DNA from: Vicinamibacterales bacterium
GTDB taxonomy: Bacteria; Acidobacteriota; Vicinamibacteria; Vicinamibacterales; 2-12-FULL-66-21
Direction: 5' to 3'
Assembly (NCBI GenBank): GCA_036278735.1
Contig: DASUKM010000055.1
Location: 64,683-128,682, forward strand
DNA length: 64,000 bases
Made by a program: the position numbers and the translations under genes. Below, in pieces: positions 9,497 through 18,919 of this stretch. The notes beneath the pieces are model-generated. The model saw only the letters and a list, made by a program, of their open reading frames with translations, was not told the DNA's origin and searched no databases. Each line of letters begins with the position of its first letter. Position 1 is the stretch's first letter.

Positions 9497-11533
9497 TCAG
9501 ATCTTACCCGCGGACAGACGGTTCGAGAGCACGGTTTCGAGCCCGAGCAGCGCGAGGCCGGCCAGCAGCAGATACCACCAGATGCGCTGCGCCGCCGCCT
9601 GCTCGTCTGGCGTGAGCGGCCGCGCCGTGAAGCTCGATGCCGCGTCGCCCGGGTATCCCGCGACGGCGGTCGCCAGCTCCTTCGGATCGATCCGCTCAGG
9701 ATTGGACTCGCGCAGGTCGACGTTGGCCGCCACCGTCACCGCTCCGGCCGCCCCGGCGGCCGCCGTGGGAGGACGAATCTCGTAGAAGCCCTGCTCGGCC
9801 ATCTCCAGGACGTCCTCGTCCTCGCCGCCGAGCGCGACGCGGCGTCCCGACGGCGCCACCGCGATCCGCTGCGGCGGTGCGCCCCGCCGCATCCCGACCT
9901 GCCGCGGCACGACGTACACCTGACCGACGGTGAGCGACGGCGACGGCGCCCGGTAATCCGCGAGATAGCCGACGATCGTGTGCACGAACGGCAGGAACAC
10001 CGGCTTGAGCGCCAGATCGTTCCACGCCAGATCGATCGACGAAGTCCACAGCAGCACGCGGCCGGCGAACCCCGTCCGCTCGACCAGCGCCGGCGCGCCG
10101 TTGTCGAAGCGGGCGAGGACGTGCGACGGCGTGCCGCTCAGCGCACGGTAGCCGTAGAACTGCGCCGTCGAAAAGTCGCCGCTGCGGGGCGCGCGGAACA
10201 CATCGAAAATGGGATGACCGTAGTCGAGCGCCCCCAGTCGCGCCGCCAGATCCATCGAGCGATCGACGCTCTCGGCTGGCATTCCCGGCAGGAGGTCGGG
10301 CCCCTTCTGCGGCCACGACAGGCGCGGGCCCGCGACGACCAACAGCCCGCCGCCGGCCGCGACGAAGCGGGCGAGCCGCTCGGCGAGTGCCGGCGTGACG
10401 TCGAGATCGTCGGCGACGACGACGGCGGCCGCCTCCAACCCGCTCGCGTCGGCGGAGCGAACGGTGACGTCCAGCCGCGGCGCGTCGCCGATGCCCAGCG
10501 CGCGCGCGAGATAGAGGCTCTCGTCTCCGTCGGGGCGATCGAGCACCGTCACCTTGACCGGATCGGCCGGCGAGACGACGAAATCGTAGACGTTGTCGCG
10601 CCTCAGCGCATCGTCGGGGATCCGCACGGCCGCGCGCACGTTGCGGCCGGTCACCGTGAACGGCGCAAAGGTCGTGCTGGCGGAGCCGTGCGCGGCGACG
10701 TCGAGGCGGGTGGTGTCGACAGGCTTGCCGTCGACCTCGAGCGTCAGGGGTACGCCAGTCGCATTCGTGCCGCCGTGATTGATCACGCCGGCGGACACGG
10801 TGACGCGCTCCTGGCTGGCAAATCGCGCGCGCTGCAGCGCGACGGGCGTGACCGCCAGGTTCGCCGGCTCTCTGCCGGCCACGTCGACCGGCGTGAACGC
10901 CGAGCCGCCGGGCAGCCGCACGCCGTCGCTCGCGGACCAGCCCGTTTTCTGAAAATCGCTGATCAGGATCGCCTCGCGCCGCGGGAGGCGGGATTCGGCC
11001 AGCAGACTGCCGGCGAGCTTCAGGGCCGGGGCGTACCGCGTGGCGCCGGGTCCCGTGCGCGCGGCGTCGATCGCGGCCAGCAACTGCGCGCGATCGGCGG
11101 TCGACCGGAGCGCCACCTCGGCGCCCGTGTCGAACAGCACGATCGAGGCGCGGTCGCCGGAGCCGAGGCGGTTGACGGCCGCGCGCGCCGCGTCCCTGGC
11201 GCGCTGCCAGCGATCGCCGGACTCCATGCTGTAGGAGCGATCGATGAGAATCACCGCCTCGCGCGCTCCCGTCGCGCCGGGCGGCGGCGCGGCGCGCCGG
11301 ACGAACGGCCGCGCGAACGCCGCGACGATGAGCGCCAGGGCGGCGAGCCGCAGGAGCAGCAGCGCCCAATGACGGATGTGCCGGCGACGGACCGATTGAT
11401 ACGGGATCCGGCGCAGGAACATCAGCGAGGGGAACTCGACCACACGCTTCCGCTCGCGCTGGATCAGGTGAACGATCACCGGAACCGCCAGCGCCGCCAG
11501 CGCCGCGAGCAGCAAAGGCGCGGCAAAAGTCAT
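9497..11533 (-). CDS. BatA-domain / VWA membrane protein
   Basis: N-terminal BatA signature (PVIVHLI..FPSLMFL..LLLLRL..ARP), MIDAS DRSYSM, ISDFQ, C-terminal TM (IWWYLLLAGL). Confidence 0.88.
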   Translation of the reverse strand: MTFAAPLLLAALAALAVPVIVHLIQRERKRVVEFPSLMFLRRIPYQSVRRRHIRHWALLLLRLAALALIVAAFARPFVRRAAPPPGATGAREAVILIDRSYSMESGDRWQRARDAARAAVNRLGSGDRASIVLFDTGAEVALRSTADRAQLLAAIDAARTGPGATRYAPALKLAGSLLAESRLPRREAILISDFQKTGWSASDGVRLPGGSAFTPVDVAGREPANLAVTPVALQRARFASQERVTVSAGVINHGGTNATGVPLTLEVDGKPVDTTRLDVAAHGSASTTFAPFTVTGRNVRAAVRIPDDALRRDNVYDFVVSPADPVKVTVLDRPDGDESLYLARALGIGDAPRLDVTVRSADASGLEAAAVVVADDLDVTPALAERLARFVAAGGGLLVVAGPRLSWPQKGPDLLPGMPAESVDRSMDLAARLGALDYGHPIFDVFRAPRSGDFSTAQFYGYRALSGTPSHVLARFDNGAPALVERTGFAGRVLLWTSSIDLAWNDLALKPVFLPFVHTIVGYLADYRAPSPSLTVGQVYVVPRQVGMRRGAPPQRIAVAPSGRRVALGGEDEDVLEMAEQGFYEIRPPTAAAGAAGAVTVAANVDLRESNPERIDPKELATAVAGYPGDAASSFTARPLTPDEQAAAQRIWWYLLLAGLALLGLETVLSNRLSAGKI

Positions 11534-11534
11534 T

Positions 11535-12440
11535 TCATCGAACTCTCGACAAGCGCTCCCGCGCGGAGAGATAGCTGAACAGCGCGTAGTCGAGCGGCTG
11601 CGACGTGTTCAGCAGGGTGTAGTCCACCCGAATCTCCGAAAAGCGTTCGGTCAGGGCGTGCACGTGCTCGCGGATCAACGCGCGATACTGCTCGGCGAAC
11701 GCTTCCGGCACGACGGGGATCTGTTCGCCGCTCTCGAGATCCTCGAAACTCGTCGCCGCCTCGAACCCGAAGTCGAGCTCCGCGTGGTCGAGGACGTGGA
11801 ACACGATGAGGTCGTGGCCGCGAAAGCGCAGCGGACCCACCGCCTCGACGACCGCGTCCGGATCTTCGTAGAGGTCCGAGATGAGCACCAGCACGCCGCG
11901 CCGGCTGAAGTGTTCGGCCAGCGCGTGCAGGGGGGGGCCCAGGCGGCCGGCGCGCGTGGGCTCCAGCCGGTCGAGGGCGTGCAAAACGACGTCCATGTGC
12001 TTGGCCGACGGCGGCACGTGCTCGACGATCGCCTCGTCGAAGGCGGCGAGGCCGACCCGGTCGCGCTGCCGGTGCACGAGGTACGTCAGACAGCCCGCCA
12101 GCATCCGCGCGTAGTCGAACTTGCGCACCTCCCCGCTGGCGAACTGCATCGATTTCGACATGTCGAGCAGCACCGCGAAATTCGCGTTCGAATCCGCCTC
12201 GTACTCCTTGACGTAGTAGCGATCGGTCCGGGCGTACAGGCGCCAGTCCACCCGGCGGATGTCGTCCCCCGGCACGTAGCCGCGGTGCTCGGCAAAATCG
12301 ACCGACGCGCCGAAATACGGCGATCGATGCAGGCCGTTGATGAACCCGTCGACGACCGAGCGCGAGACCAGTTCCAGATTTCGCACGCGGGCCAGGACCG
12401 CGGGATCGACGAACCGCGCGCCGGCATTCACTGTGGCCAT
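11535..12440 (-). CDS. DUF58 family VWA-like protein (MoxR-associated)
   Basis: GLHRS..G.SVDFAEHRGYVPGDDIRRVDWRLYAR, LLDMSKSM, LISDL. Confidence 0.92.
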   Translation of the reverse strand: MATVNAGARFVDPAVLARVRNLELVSRSVVDGFINGLHRSPYFGASVDFAEHRGYVPGDDIRRVDWRLYARTDRYYVKEYEADSNANFAVLLDMSKSMQFASGEVRKFDYARMLAGCLTYLVHRQRDRVGLAAFDEAIVEHVPPSAKHMDVVLHALDRLEPTRAGRLGPPLHALAEHFSRRGVLVLISDLYEDPDAVVEAVGPLRFRGHDLIVFHVLDHAELDFGFEAATSFEDLESGEQIPVVPEAFAEQYRALIREHVHALTERFSEIRVDYTLLNTSQPLDYALFSYLSARERLSRVR

Positions 12441-12465
12441 GAACCGGACTCCTCTCTGGCGCGGA

Positions 12466-13503
12466 TCACATGCCCGATCGCGGCGCCGCGACCGATTCGA
12501 GCAGCGTGTCGACGAGACGATCGCTCGTCACCCCTTCGGACTGCGCGAGGAAATTCGTCAGGATGCGATGGCGCAGCACGGGATGCGCCAGCGCGCGGAT
12601 GTCGTCGAAGCTGACGTGATAGCGTCCGCTCGTGAGCGCGCGCGCCTTGCCGCCCAGGACGAGGTATTGCGCGGCGCGAACGCTCGCGCCGAACGCGGCC
12701 CATTTCCTGATCGCGTCGGGCGCCGTCGGCGACTTCGGCCGGCTGGCACGGACGACATCGAGGGCGTACCGGATCACCGGCTCGGCGGCGGGCACCCTGC
12801 GGACGAGACGCTGGAACGCGACGAGATCCGCGCCGCTCACCGGCCGCTGGAACTCCGGATCCCGCAGCGCGGTCGTCGCGCGGACCACCTCGAGCTCCTC
12901 ATCGACCGGCGGATGGTCGATGACGGTGTGGAACATGAAACGATCGAGCTGCGCTTCGGGCAGCGGATACGTGCCTTCCAGCTCGATCGGGTTCTGCGTG
13001 GCAAACACGTAGAACGGCTCTTCGAGCTGATACGTGCGCCCTTGAATCGTCACGCGGTGCTCCTGCATCGCCTCGAGCAGCGCCGACTGCGTCTTGGGAG
13101 GGGTCCGATTGATTTCGTCCGCCAGCACGATGTTGGCGAAGATCGGCCCGGGCGCGAACACCATCTGCCGGCGTCCGCTCGCGGCGTCCTCCTGGATCAG
13201 GTCGGTTCCCGTGATGTCGGACGGCATCAGGTCGGGCGTGAACTGAATCCGCGAGAACTTCAACGCGAGCACGCGGGCGAGCGTGTGGATCAGCAGCGTC
13301 TTGGCGAGCCCGGGGACCCCGACAATCAGGCTGTTGCCGCCGACGAACAACGTCAGCAGCACTTCGCCCACCACGTCGTCCTGGCCGACGATCATCTTTC
13401 GCAGCTCGACCAGGATCTGCTCGCGTCCGCTCTTCATCCGCTCCGCGAGCGCCACATCGTCGGGCGACTCGAGGTCAATCGTATCGGTGGCCAGTGCGTC
13501 CAC
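12466..13503 (-). CDS. moxR: MoxR family AAA+ ATPase
   Basis: GVPGLAKT, RIQFTPDLMPSDITG, LADEINRTPPKTQSALLEAMQE, ATQNPIE.EGTYPLPEAQLDRF. Start GTG 13503 after GGGAGG. Confidence 0.95.
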   Translation of the reverse strand: MDALATDTIDLESPDDVALAERMKSGREQILVELRKMIVGQDDVVGEVLLTLFVGGNSLIVGVPGLAKTLLIHTLARVLALKFSRIQFTPDLMPSDITGTDLIQEDAASGRRQMVFAPGPIFANIVLADEINRTPPKTQSALLEAMQEHRVTIQGRTYQLEEPFYVFATQNPIELEGTYPLPEAQLDRFMFHTVIDHPPVDEELEVVRATTALRDPEFQRPVSGADLVAFQRLVRRVPAAEPVIRYALDVVRASRPKSPTAPDAIRKWAAFGASVRAAQYLVLGGKARALTSGRYHVSFDDIRALAHPVLRHRILTNFLAQSEGVTSDRLVDTLLESVAAPRSGM

Positions 13504-13510
13504 GTGTTCC

Positions 13511-13564
13511 TCCCAAAGCCCAAAGCCCAAAGCCTAAAGCCCAACGCCTAACGCCTAACGCCTG
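13511..13564 (-). repeat. Heptamer tandem array (TGGGCTT/TAGGCGT), 7 units plus partial
   Basis: Fills the spacer from the upstream stop to the moxR Shine-Dalgarno; the last partial unit merges into GGGAGG. Confidence 0.9.
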
Positions 13565-13566
13565 CG

Positions 13567-14562
13567 TTACGATCCGCCGAGATCCCTGATCTTCTTACTC
13601 GTGACGGCGAGATCCGTCAGCAGCTTCTCCAGTTCGCTCGCGTAGCGCGCCTGATCCATGCTGCCCTTGAGCAGCTTCAGCGATTCGACCCTTCGCTCGA
13701 GGCCGTCGCGTTCGACGTAGAGCGCGCGCAGTTGCGGGCTGGCGTTCGCCGCCGGAGCGGCATGCGCCGGCTCGCCGAGCGACAGGATCGCCGCCACGCG
13801 GCCGTCCTTCGCCTGCGGACCAGGATCGGCGCTCCCCTCCCGATCGCCGTTGTCGTCGAGCAGCGGATGCTCGGTCTGCATCAGCCCCTCGCGCTGGTAC
13901 GCATTGGCGACCTCGCGCTTCGCGTACACGTACGCCTCGAGCACCGACACGCGCCCGCTGTGATCGGTGTCGGCCGCGTCGCTCTTGAAGGCATCGACGA
14001 AAAAGCCGCCGAACAGCGTCGCGAAGTGCTCGGCGCCGTTGCGGGTCGCCGTCACGATCGTCCGGCCAGGACCCGACAGGACTTCGACGAACGGCCCGCT
14101 GGCACTCGTCGTGTCGACGAACACGACACGCTTCGATGGCAGCTTGCCGAGCAGCGCCGCGAAGTCCTGCGGCGTCATGTCGGGCCCGCGGAGGTTGAAC
14201 TTCGCCACACTGCCGTCGAACGTGCCGAAGCCGAACAGGACGACCATGACGGTATCGTCCTCTCCCGCGGTCGCCAGGGCCGCAAACGCCTTCTCCACCT
14301 CCGCGCGAGTCGACCGGCCCGTGGCATGCGCATCCTGCGCCGGGTCGTCGGCCAGGTAGATCACGTCCGCCTTCGGGACGCCGAGCTGCTGCACCGCCAC
14401 GTCCGCCAGCGTGTCTCCCCATTTCGAAAACAGCGCGCCGTGTTCCGGATCGCCCGAGAGGCCCACCACGATCAACAGGTGTGGCGTCTGGGCAAGGGCC
14501 GGCCGCGCTGCCGCGAGGGCAGCCGTCAGCACGAGTCCGGTGACGCGAGCGCGATGACGCAT
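13567..14562 (-). CDS. Secreted caspase-hemoglobinase (peptidase C13/C14-like) fold protein, probably catalytically inactive
   Basis: Signal peptide ending ALA-Q; LLIVVGLSGD, VVLFGFGT, FVDTTSASG, DTDHSGRVSVLEAY, EHPLLDDNGD; C-terminal helical segment. Confidence 0.6.
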   Translation of the reverse strand: MRHRARVTGLVLTAALAAARPALAQTPHLLIVVGLSGDPEHGALFSKWGDTLADVAVQQLGVPKADVIYLADDPAQDAHATGRSTRAEVEKAFAALATAGEDDTVMVVLFGFGTFDGSVAKFNLRGPDMTPQDFAALLGKLPSKRVVFVDTTSASGPFVEVLSGPGRTIVTATRNGAEHFATLFGGFFVDAFKSDAADTDHSGRVSVLEAYVYAKREVANAYQREGLMQTEHPLLDDNGDREGSADPGPQAKDGRVAAILSLGEPAHAAPAANASPQLRALYVERDGLERRVESLKLLKGSMDQARYASELEKLLTDLAVTSKKIRDLGGS

Positions 14563-14570
14563 TAAACGCT

Positions 14571-14624
14571 GGCGGGTCTGAAGACCCGCCCTACACCCTC
14601 GGCGGGTCTGAAGACCCGCCCTAC
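14571..14624 (-). repeat. Two direct copies of a 24-nt GTAG-type REP palindrome
   Basis: GTAG-GGCGGGTC-TTCA-GACCCGCC on the - strand at 14571-14594 and 14601-14624, identical, 6-nt spacer. Confidence 0.9.
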
Positions 14625-14626
14625 CA

Positions 14627-16915
14627 CTATGCCAGGCCGCGGTGGCGGCGGTATCCCCACTCGCCGCACATCAGCCCCAGAATCAGCACGAGCACGATCG
14701 GCATGTGCCAGAGGTCACGCGCCTCGACCGTCGTGACGCCGCGGCCGGTGTACTTCAGATCTTCCGGCAGCGCCGAGACCGTCTCCGGCGTGTAGTACCG
14801 GCCGCCCGTCTCCTGCGCGATCCGGCGCAGCAGCGACGCGTGCAGCCCGGCGTCGAAATACTCCGCCACGTCTGCGGCGGCGCGGACGTGCGTCGTGCTC
14901 GTACCCACGGGCGTGCCGTTCTGGGTCGCGTCGACGCGCGCGGCGTACCAGCCGGCCTCCGCCGCGGTGAACGTCCCGCGATACTGGCCGGCGCGCGCCC
15001 CCGTCCACGTCAGCGGCACGTCGAACCGCTTCCCCGATGGCGCCGTGACGTGCGCGACGACCTGCGCATCGTTCAGCTCCAGGAAACGCTTGTCGACGAC
15101 GTCGGTCGTGAGCGACACGGCCTCGCCCGGTTCGACCCGATCGGTCAGTGGCCGCGGTTCGACGGTGTCGGGCACTCCGTCGACGACCCATCGCAGCAGT
15201 TGACGCCAGTAGTCTTCGTACGTCGTGTCCGTGGCTGGCACGCCAGCCTGCATCTGCCAGAGCCAGGAGTCCTGCACCGTGAAGGCCACCGCCTTACCGC
15301 GTCCGTACCGCTGATACGCAAGCACCGGATGCTCGCGTTCGCGATCGTCGGTGCCGGCCAGCAGCACCGTCGCGCCCGGCTTCACCGAATCGATCGCGTT
15401 GACGGTCGTCAGCTCCGTCATCCCCTTCCACCGATCGGACGAGGCCTGGTCCGTGTCGCCGAGACGCGTCACCGCGAGCCCCTCGCCGGCGCGCGTCGGG
15501 TGCACCTTCACCCGCGTCGCGATCGGCTCGCCGCCGCGCCTGGCGGCGCGGCCGAGGACGACCGGGAGCACGTCGGCCACGGGCGTGCCCGCGTACCCCC
15601 CTTCGGCGAACGCGTGCGCGCCGCCCAGCATCAGCAGGCCGCCGCCACGCACGTCGACGAAGTCGGCAATCATGCGCAGCTGATCGCCGGTGAACGCGCT
15701 CGCCTCCACGCTCCCCAGGATCAGACCGCGATACTGGAACAGCTCCTCGCGCGTCTTCGGGAACCCGCTCGCCAGTTCGTCCGGGCTGTCGATCCCCAGC
15801 CGATAGTACTTGTGGTCGGCGGTCCGGTTCAGCGTCACGATCTGGAGGTTCGGGTCGTCGGCGACCGCGCGCCGGATGAACTTCAGCTCGAACCGCGGCT
15901 CCCCTTCGAAGTACAGGATCCGCTCGCGCCGATCGCGCACGTCGATGAGCGCCTCCCGCTGGTTGTTCTTCGTCAGGGTCTCGCCCGGCTGCGGCGCGAT
16001 CCGTACGGTAAAGACGCGGGGACCGGCATCTTTGGCCGTGAAGCGCACGCGCACCGACGCCGGCTGCCCATCGGCCGGCAGCGTGACCGGCTCCGTCCCG
16101 ACGATGCGCCCCTCGTCTTCGATGTCGAGCGACACGGTCTTTCCCGCGTAGCCGTTCTGCGTGACGATCGCATCGGCGAGCAGCGACGTCCCCTTCAACA
16201 CCGTCCGGGGGGTCGAGACGCGGCCGATCTGGATGTCGTGCGCGAGCGCCTCCTGCCCGACGCCGACGGTGAACACGGGCACCGCCTGCGCTTTCGGCCC
16301 GAGCAGCGCGTCGGCCACCGACGCTTCGGTCGTGTCCGCCCCGTCGGTCACGAGGACCAGGCCGGCCAGCGGCAGCCCGGCGAGTTCCTGGCGCGCGCCG
16401 TCGATGGCCCCCGCCAGGCGCGTCTGCGGGCCGTCGAACGCCAGGCCGGACGCCGAGTCGATCCGTGAGGCCGACGACGAGAACCGGAACAGACGGACGA
16501 CGAAATGGTCCGAGAGGGCGTTCATCAGGGAACTCCCCTTCGAGCCGAAGGTCTGGCGGATGAAATCGCCGCGCGGCTGCCCGCGCCAGTCCGGCGTCTG
16601 CATGCTGCGGGAATCGTCGACCAGAATGCCGAGCACGTTCTGTTGCGGGACGGCCGCCTTGACGACCAGCACCGGCCGGAACAGGCAGACGAGGACGACG
16701 GCGAGCACCGCGACGCGAAAGCCGGAGAGGATCAGGCGGTCGCGGAGCGCCGCCTTCGTCCGCAGCAGCCGGTAGCTCGCCACGGCACCGATGAGGGCGG
16801 CGACGCCCAGGATGACGGCGACCCACACGCCTGCCGGGGGGCGGAAGGCAAACGCCCCCTGCTGGAAGACCACGGGGCGGTATTCGAACAGAAACTGAAA
16901 CAGCGACTCGAACAC
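14627..16915 (-). CDS. Membrane protein with VWA, Ig-like and class I glutamine amidotransferase-like domains
   Basis: N-terminal TMs, MIDAS VDDSRSM, LVTDG, GEPRFE.KF, GGGLLMLGG, YGRGK, SWLW, YWRQLLRW, C-terminal TM (EWGYRRHRGLA). GTG 16915 after GGAG; TACAAT at 16940-16945 (-). Confidence 0.8.
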   Translation of the reverse strand: MFESLFQFLFEYRPVVFQQGAFAFRPPAGVWVAVILGVAALIGAVASYRLLRTKAALRDRLILSGFRVAVLAVVLVCLFRPVLVVKAAVPQQNVLGILVDDSRSMQTPDWRGQPRGDFIRQTFGSKGSSLMNALSDHFVVRLFRFSSSASRIDSASGLAFDGPQTRLAGAIDGARQELAGLPLAGLVLVTDGADTTEASVADALLGPKAQAVPVFTVGVGQEALAHDIQIGRVSTPRTVLKGTSLLADAIVTQNGYAGKTVSLDIEDEGRIVGTEPVTLPADGQPASVRVRFTAKDAGPRVFTVRIAPQPGETLTKNNQREALIDVRDRRERILYFEGEPRFELKFIRRAVADDPNLQIVTLNRTADHKYYRLGIDSPDELASGFPKTREELFQYRGLILGSVEASAFTGDQLRMIADFVDVRGGGLLMLGGAHAFAEGGYAGTPVADVLPVVLGRAARRGGEPIATRVKVHPTRAGEGLAVTRLGDTDQASSDRWKGMTELTTVNAIDSVKPGATVLLAGTDDREREHPVLAYQRYGRGKAVAFTVQDSWLWQMQAGVPATDTTYEDYWRQLLRWVVDGVPDTVEPRPLTDRVEPGEAVSLTTDVVDKRFLELNDAQVVAHVTAPSGKRFDVPLTWTGARAGQYRGTFTAAEAGWYAARVDATQNGTPVGTSTTHVRAAADVAEYFDAGLHASLLRRIAQETGGRYYTPETVSALPEDLKYTGRGVTTVEARDLWHMPIVLVLILGLMCGEWGYRRHRGLA

Positions 16916-17019
16916 GAGATCTCCGTGGCGCCGTCTCGGATTGTACAACCCTCGCGCGGAGGGCGGGCGCAACATCCAGGGTATTTTTCCCGGCTCTTCT
17001 GTGGCACCATGCCTGCCGC

Positions 17020-18795
17020 ATGCACCTGACGTCCTTCGATTGGGTCATCGTCGCCGTCTCCATTTTCATCTCGTTCCTGCCCGCCATCCTGCTGGCGCGG
17101 CGGGCGGGGTCGAGCGCGGCCGAATTCTTCGCCTCGGGACGCGCGGCGCCGTGGTGGCTGATTGGCGTCTCGATGGTCGCAACGACTTTCAGCACGGATA
17201 CGCCGAACCTCGTCACGAATTTCGTGCGTGTCGACGGCGTGGCCGCGAACTGGGCCTGGTGGTCGTTCCTGCTGACGGGGATGATGACGGTCTTCTTCTA
17301 CGCCCGGCTGTGGCGCCGATCGGGGGTGCTCACCGATCTCGAGTTCTACGAGCTGCGCTACGCGGGCCGGCCGGCGGCGTGGGTGCGGGCGTTCAGGGCC
17401 GTGTACCTCGGGCTCTTCTTCAACATCGTCATCATGGCGTCGGTGAACCTCGCGGCCGTGAAGATCGCCAACGTCATCCTCGGCTGGCCCATGGCCGAGA
17501 CCCTCTGGATCTGCGCCGTGATCAACGTCGCGTTCGCGGCGACCTCCGGCCTCTGGGGCGTGCTCGTCACCGACTTCATCCAGTTCGGCATCGCGATGAC
17601 CGGATCGTTTGCCGCCGCCTATTTCGCGGTCAAGCAGCCCGCCGTCGGCGGACTGCACGGCCTGTTCACGCGTATCCCGACATCGACGCTGCGGCTGGTG
17701 CCCGACTTCAGCAACTGGAGCCTGACGCTGACCGTGCTGATCATCCCCCTCACGGTGCAGTGGTGGTCGGTGTGGTATCCCGGATCCGAGCCGGGCGGCG
17801 GCAGCTACATCGCGCAGCGGATGCTGGCGGCGCGCACGGAGCGCGATGCGGTGGGAGGCACGCTGTTCTTCAACGTCGCGCATTACGCGCTGCGGCCGTG
17901 GCCGTGGATCATCGTCGCCCTCGCCTCCATGCTCGTGTTTCCGCAGCTCTCCGACATCTCGCGGGCGTTCCCCTACGTCGACCCGCGGCTGATCGGACAC
18001 GACATGGCGTATCCGGCGATGCTGACATTCCTGCCCGTCGGCTGGATGGGCCTGATGGTCGCCGGGCTGCTCGCGGCCTACGTCTCGACGATCTCGACGC
18101 ACCTGAACTGGGGGACGTCGTACCTCGTGCACGACGGCTACCGGCGCTTCATCCATCAGGACGCGCCCGAACGGCACTACGTGATGGTCGGCCGGCTCGT
18201 GACGGCGGTCCTGATGGTGCTGGCCGCGCTGTTCACGTTCGTGCTGCAGACCGCAAGCCAGAGCTTCAGCCTGCTGCTCTCGGTCGGCGCGGGCACCGGG
18301 CTGTTGTACCTGCTGCGCTGGTTCTGGTGGCGGATCAACGCGTGGAGCGAGATCGCCGCGATGGTGTCCTCGTTCCTGATCGCGATGGTGCTGTTCGTCG
18401 CCCAGAATTACGGCTACAACCTGCCGGCCACGCTCACGCTGGTCGTCCCGGTGGCGGTCACCACGATCGTGTGGGTCGCGGTCACGCTGATGACGGCCCC
18501 CGCCGATCAGGAGACGCTCGTGCGGTTCTACCGGCTCGTGCGCCCCGCTGGCCGCGGGTGGGCGCCGATTCGCGCGATCGCGCAGGTCGGCCCGTCCCCC
18601 GACAGCATGGCGCAGGCGTTGATCGCCTGGGTGTGCGGCGTCGCGTTCGTCTACGCCGCGCTCTTCGGCTCCGGCAGCCTGCTGTACGGGTACAAGACAC
18701 AGGCGATCGTGTGGATCGTCGTGTTCGTCGTCAGCGGGGCCGGGCTGGTGAAGCTGCTGCCCGCGATGTGGAGGCAGCCCATTGCCGAATCTTGA
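17020..18795 (+). CDS. Sodium:solute symporter (SSS) family transporter
   Basis: EFFASGR..PWW..G.SMVATTFSTDTP, GLWGVLVTDFIQF, YIAQRMLAA, STISTHLNWG; many TM helices. Confidence 0.92.
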   Translation: MHLTSFDWVIVAVSIFISFLPAILLARRAGSSAAEFFASGRAAPWWLIGVSMVATTFSTDTPNLVTNFVRVDGVAANWAWWSFLLTGMMTVFFYARLWRRSGVLTDLEFYELRYAGRPAAWVRAFRAVYLGLFFNIVIMASVNLAAVKIANVILGWPMAETLWICAVINVAFAATSGLWGVLVTDFIQFGIAMTGSFAAAYFAVKQPAVGGLHGLFTRIPTSTLRLVPDFSNWSLTLTVLIIPLTVQWWSVWYPGSEPGGGSYIAQRMLAARTERDAVGGTLFFNVAHYALRPWPWIIVALASMLVFPQLSDISRAFPYVDPRLIGHDMAYPAMLTFLPVGWMGLMVAGLLAAYVSTISTHLNWGTSYLVHDGYRRFIHQDAPERHYVMVGRLVTAVLMVLAALFTFVLQTASQSFSLLLSVGAGTGLLYLLRWFWWRINAWSEIAAMVSSFLIAMVLFVAQNYGYNLPATLTLVVPVAVTTIVWVAVTLMTAPADQETLVRFYRLVRPAGRGWAPIRAIAQVGPSPDSMAQALIAWVCGVAFVYAALFGSGSLLYGYKTQAIVWIVVFVVSGAGLVKLLPAMWRQPIAES

Positions 18796-18919
18796 TTGCC
18801 GGCTGCCGATTGCCAGTGTCGATTGGCGATCGCCGATTGACGGATTGAAGATTGGCGATTGATCGGCGATTGGCGATTGGCGATAGATTGACGATTGGCG
18901 ATTGAAGATTGGGGATTGG
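18793..18919 (+). repeat. Degenerate heptamer array (GATTGNC family) between convergent genes
   Basis: GATTGCC/GATTGGC/GATTGAC/GATTGAA units starting within the TGA stop and filling the spacer. Confidence 0.85.
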
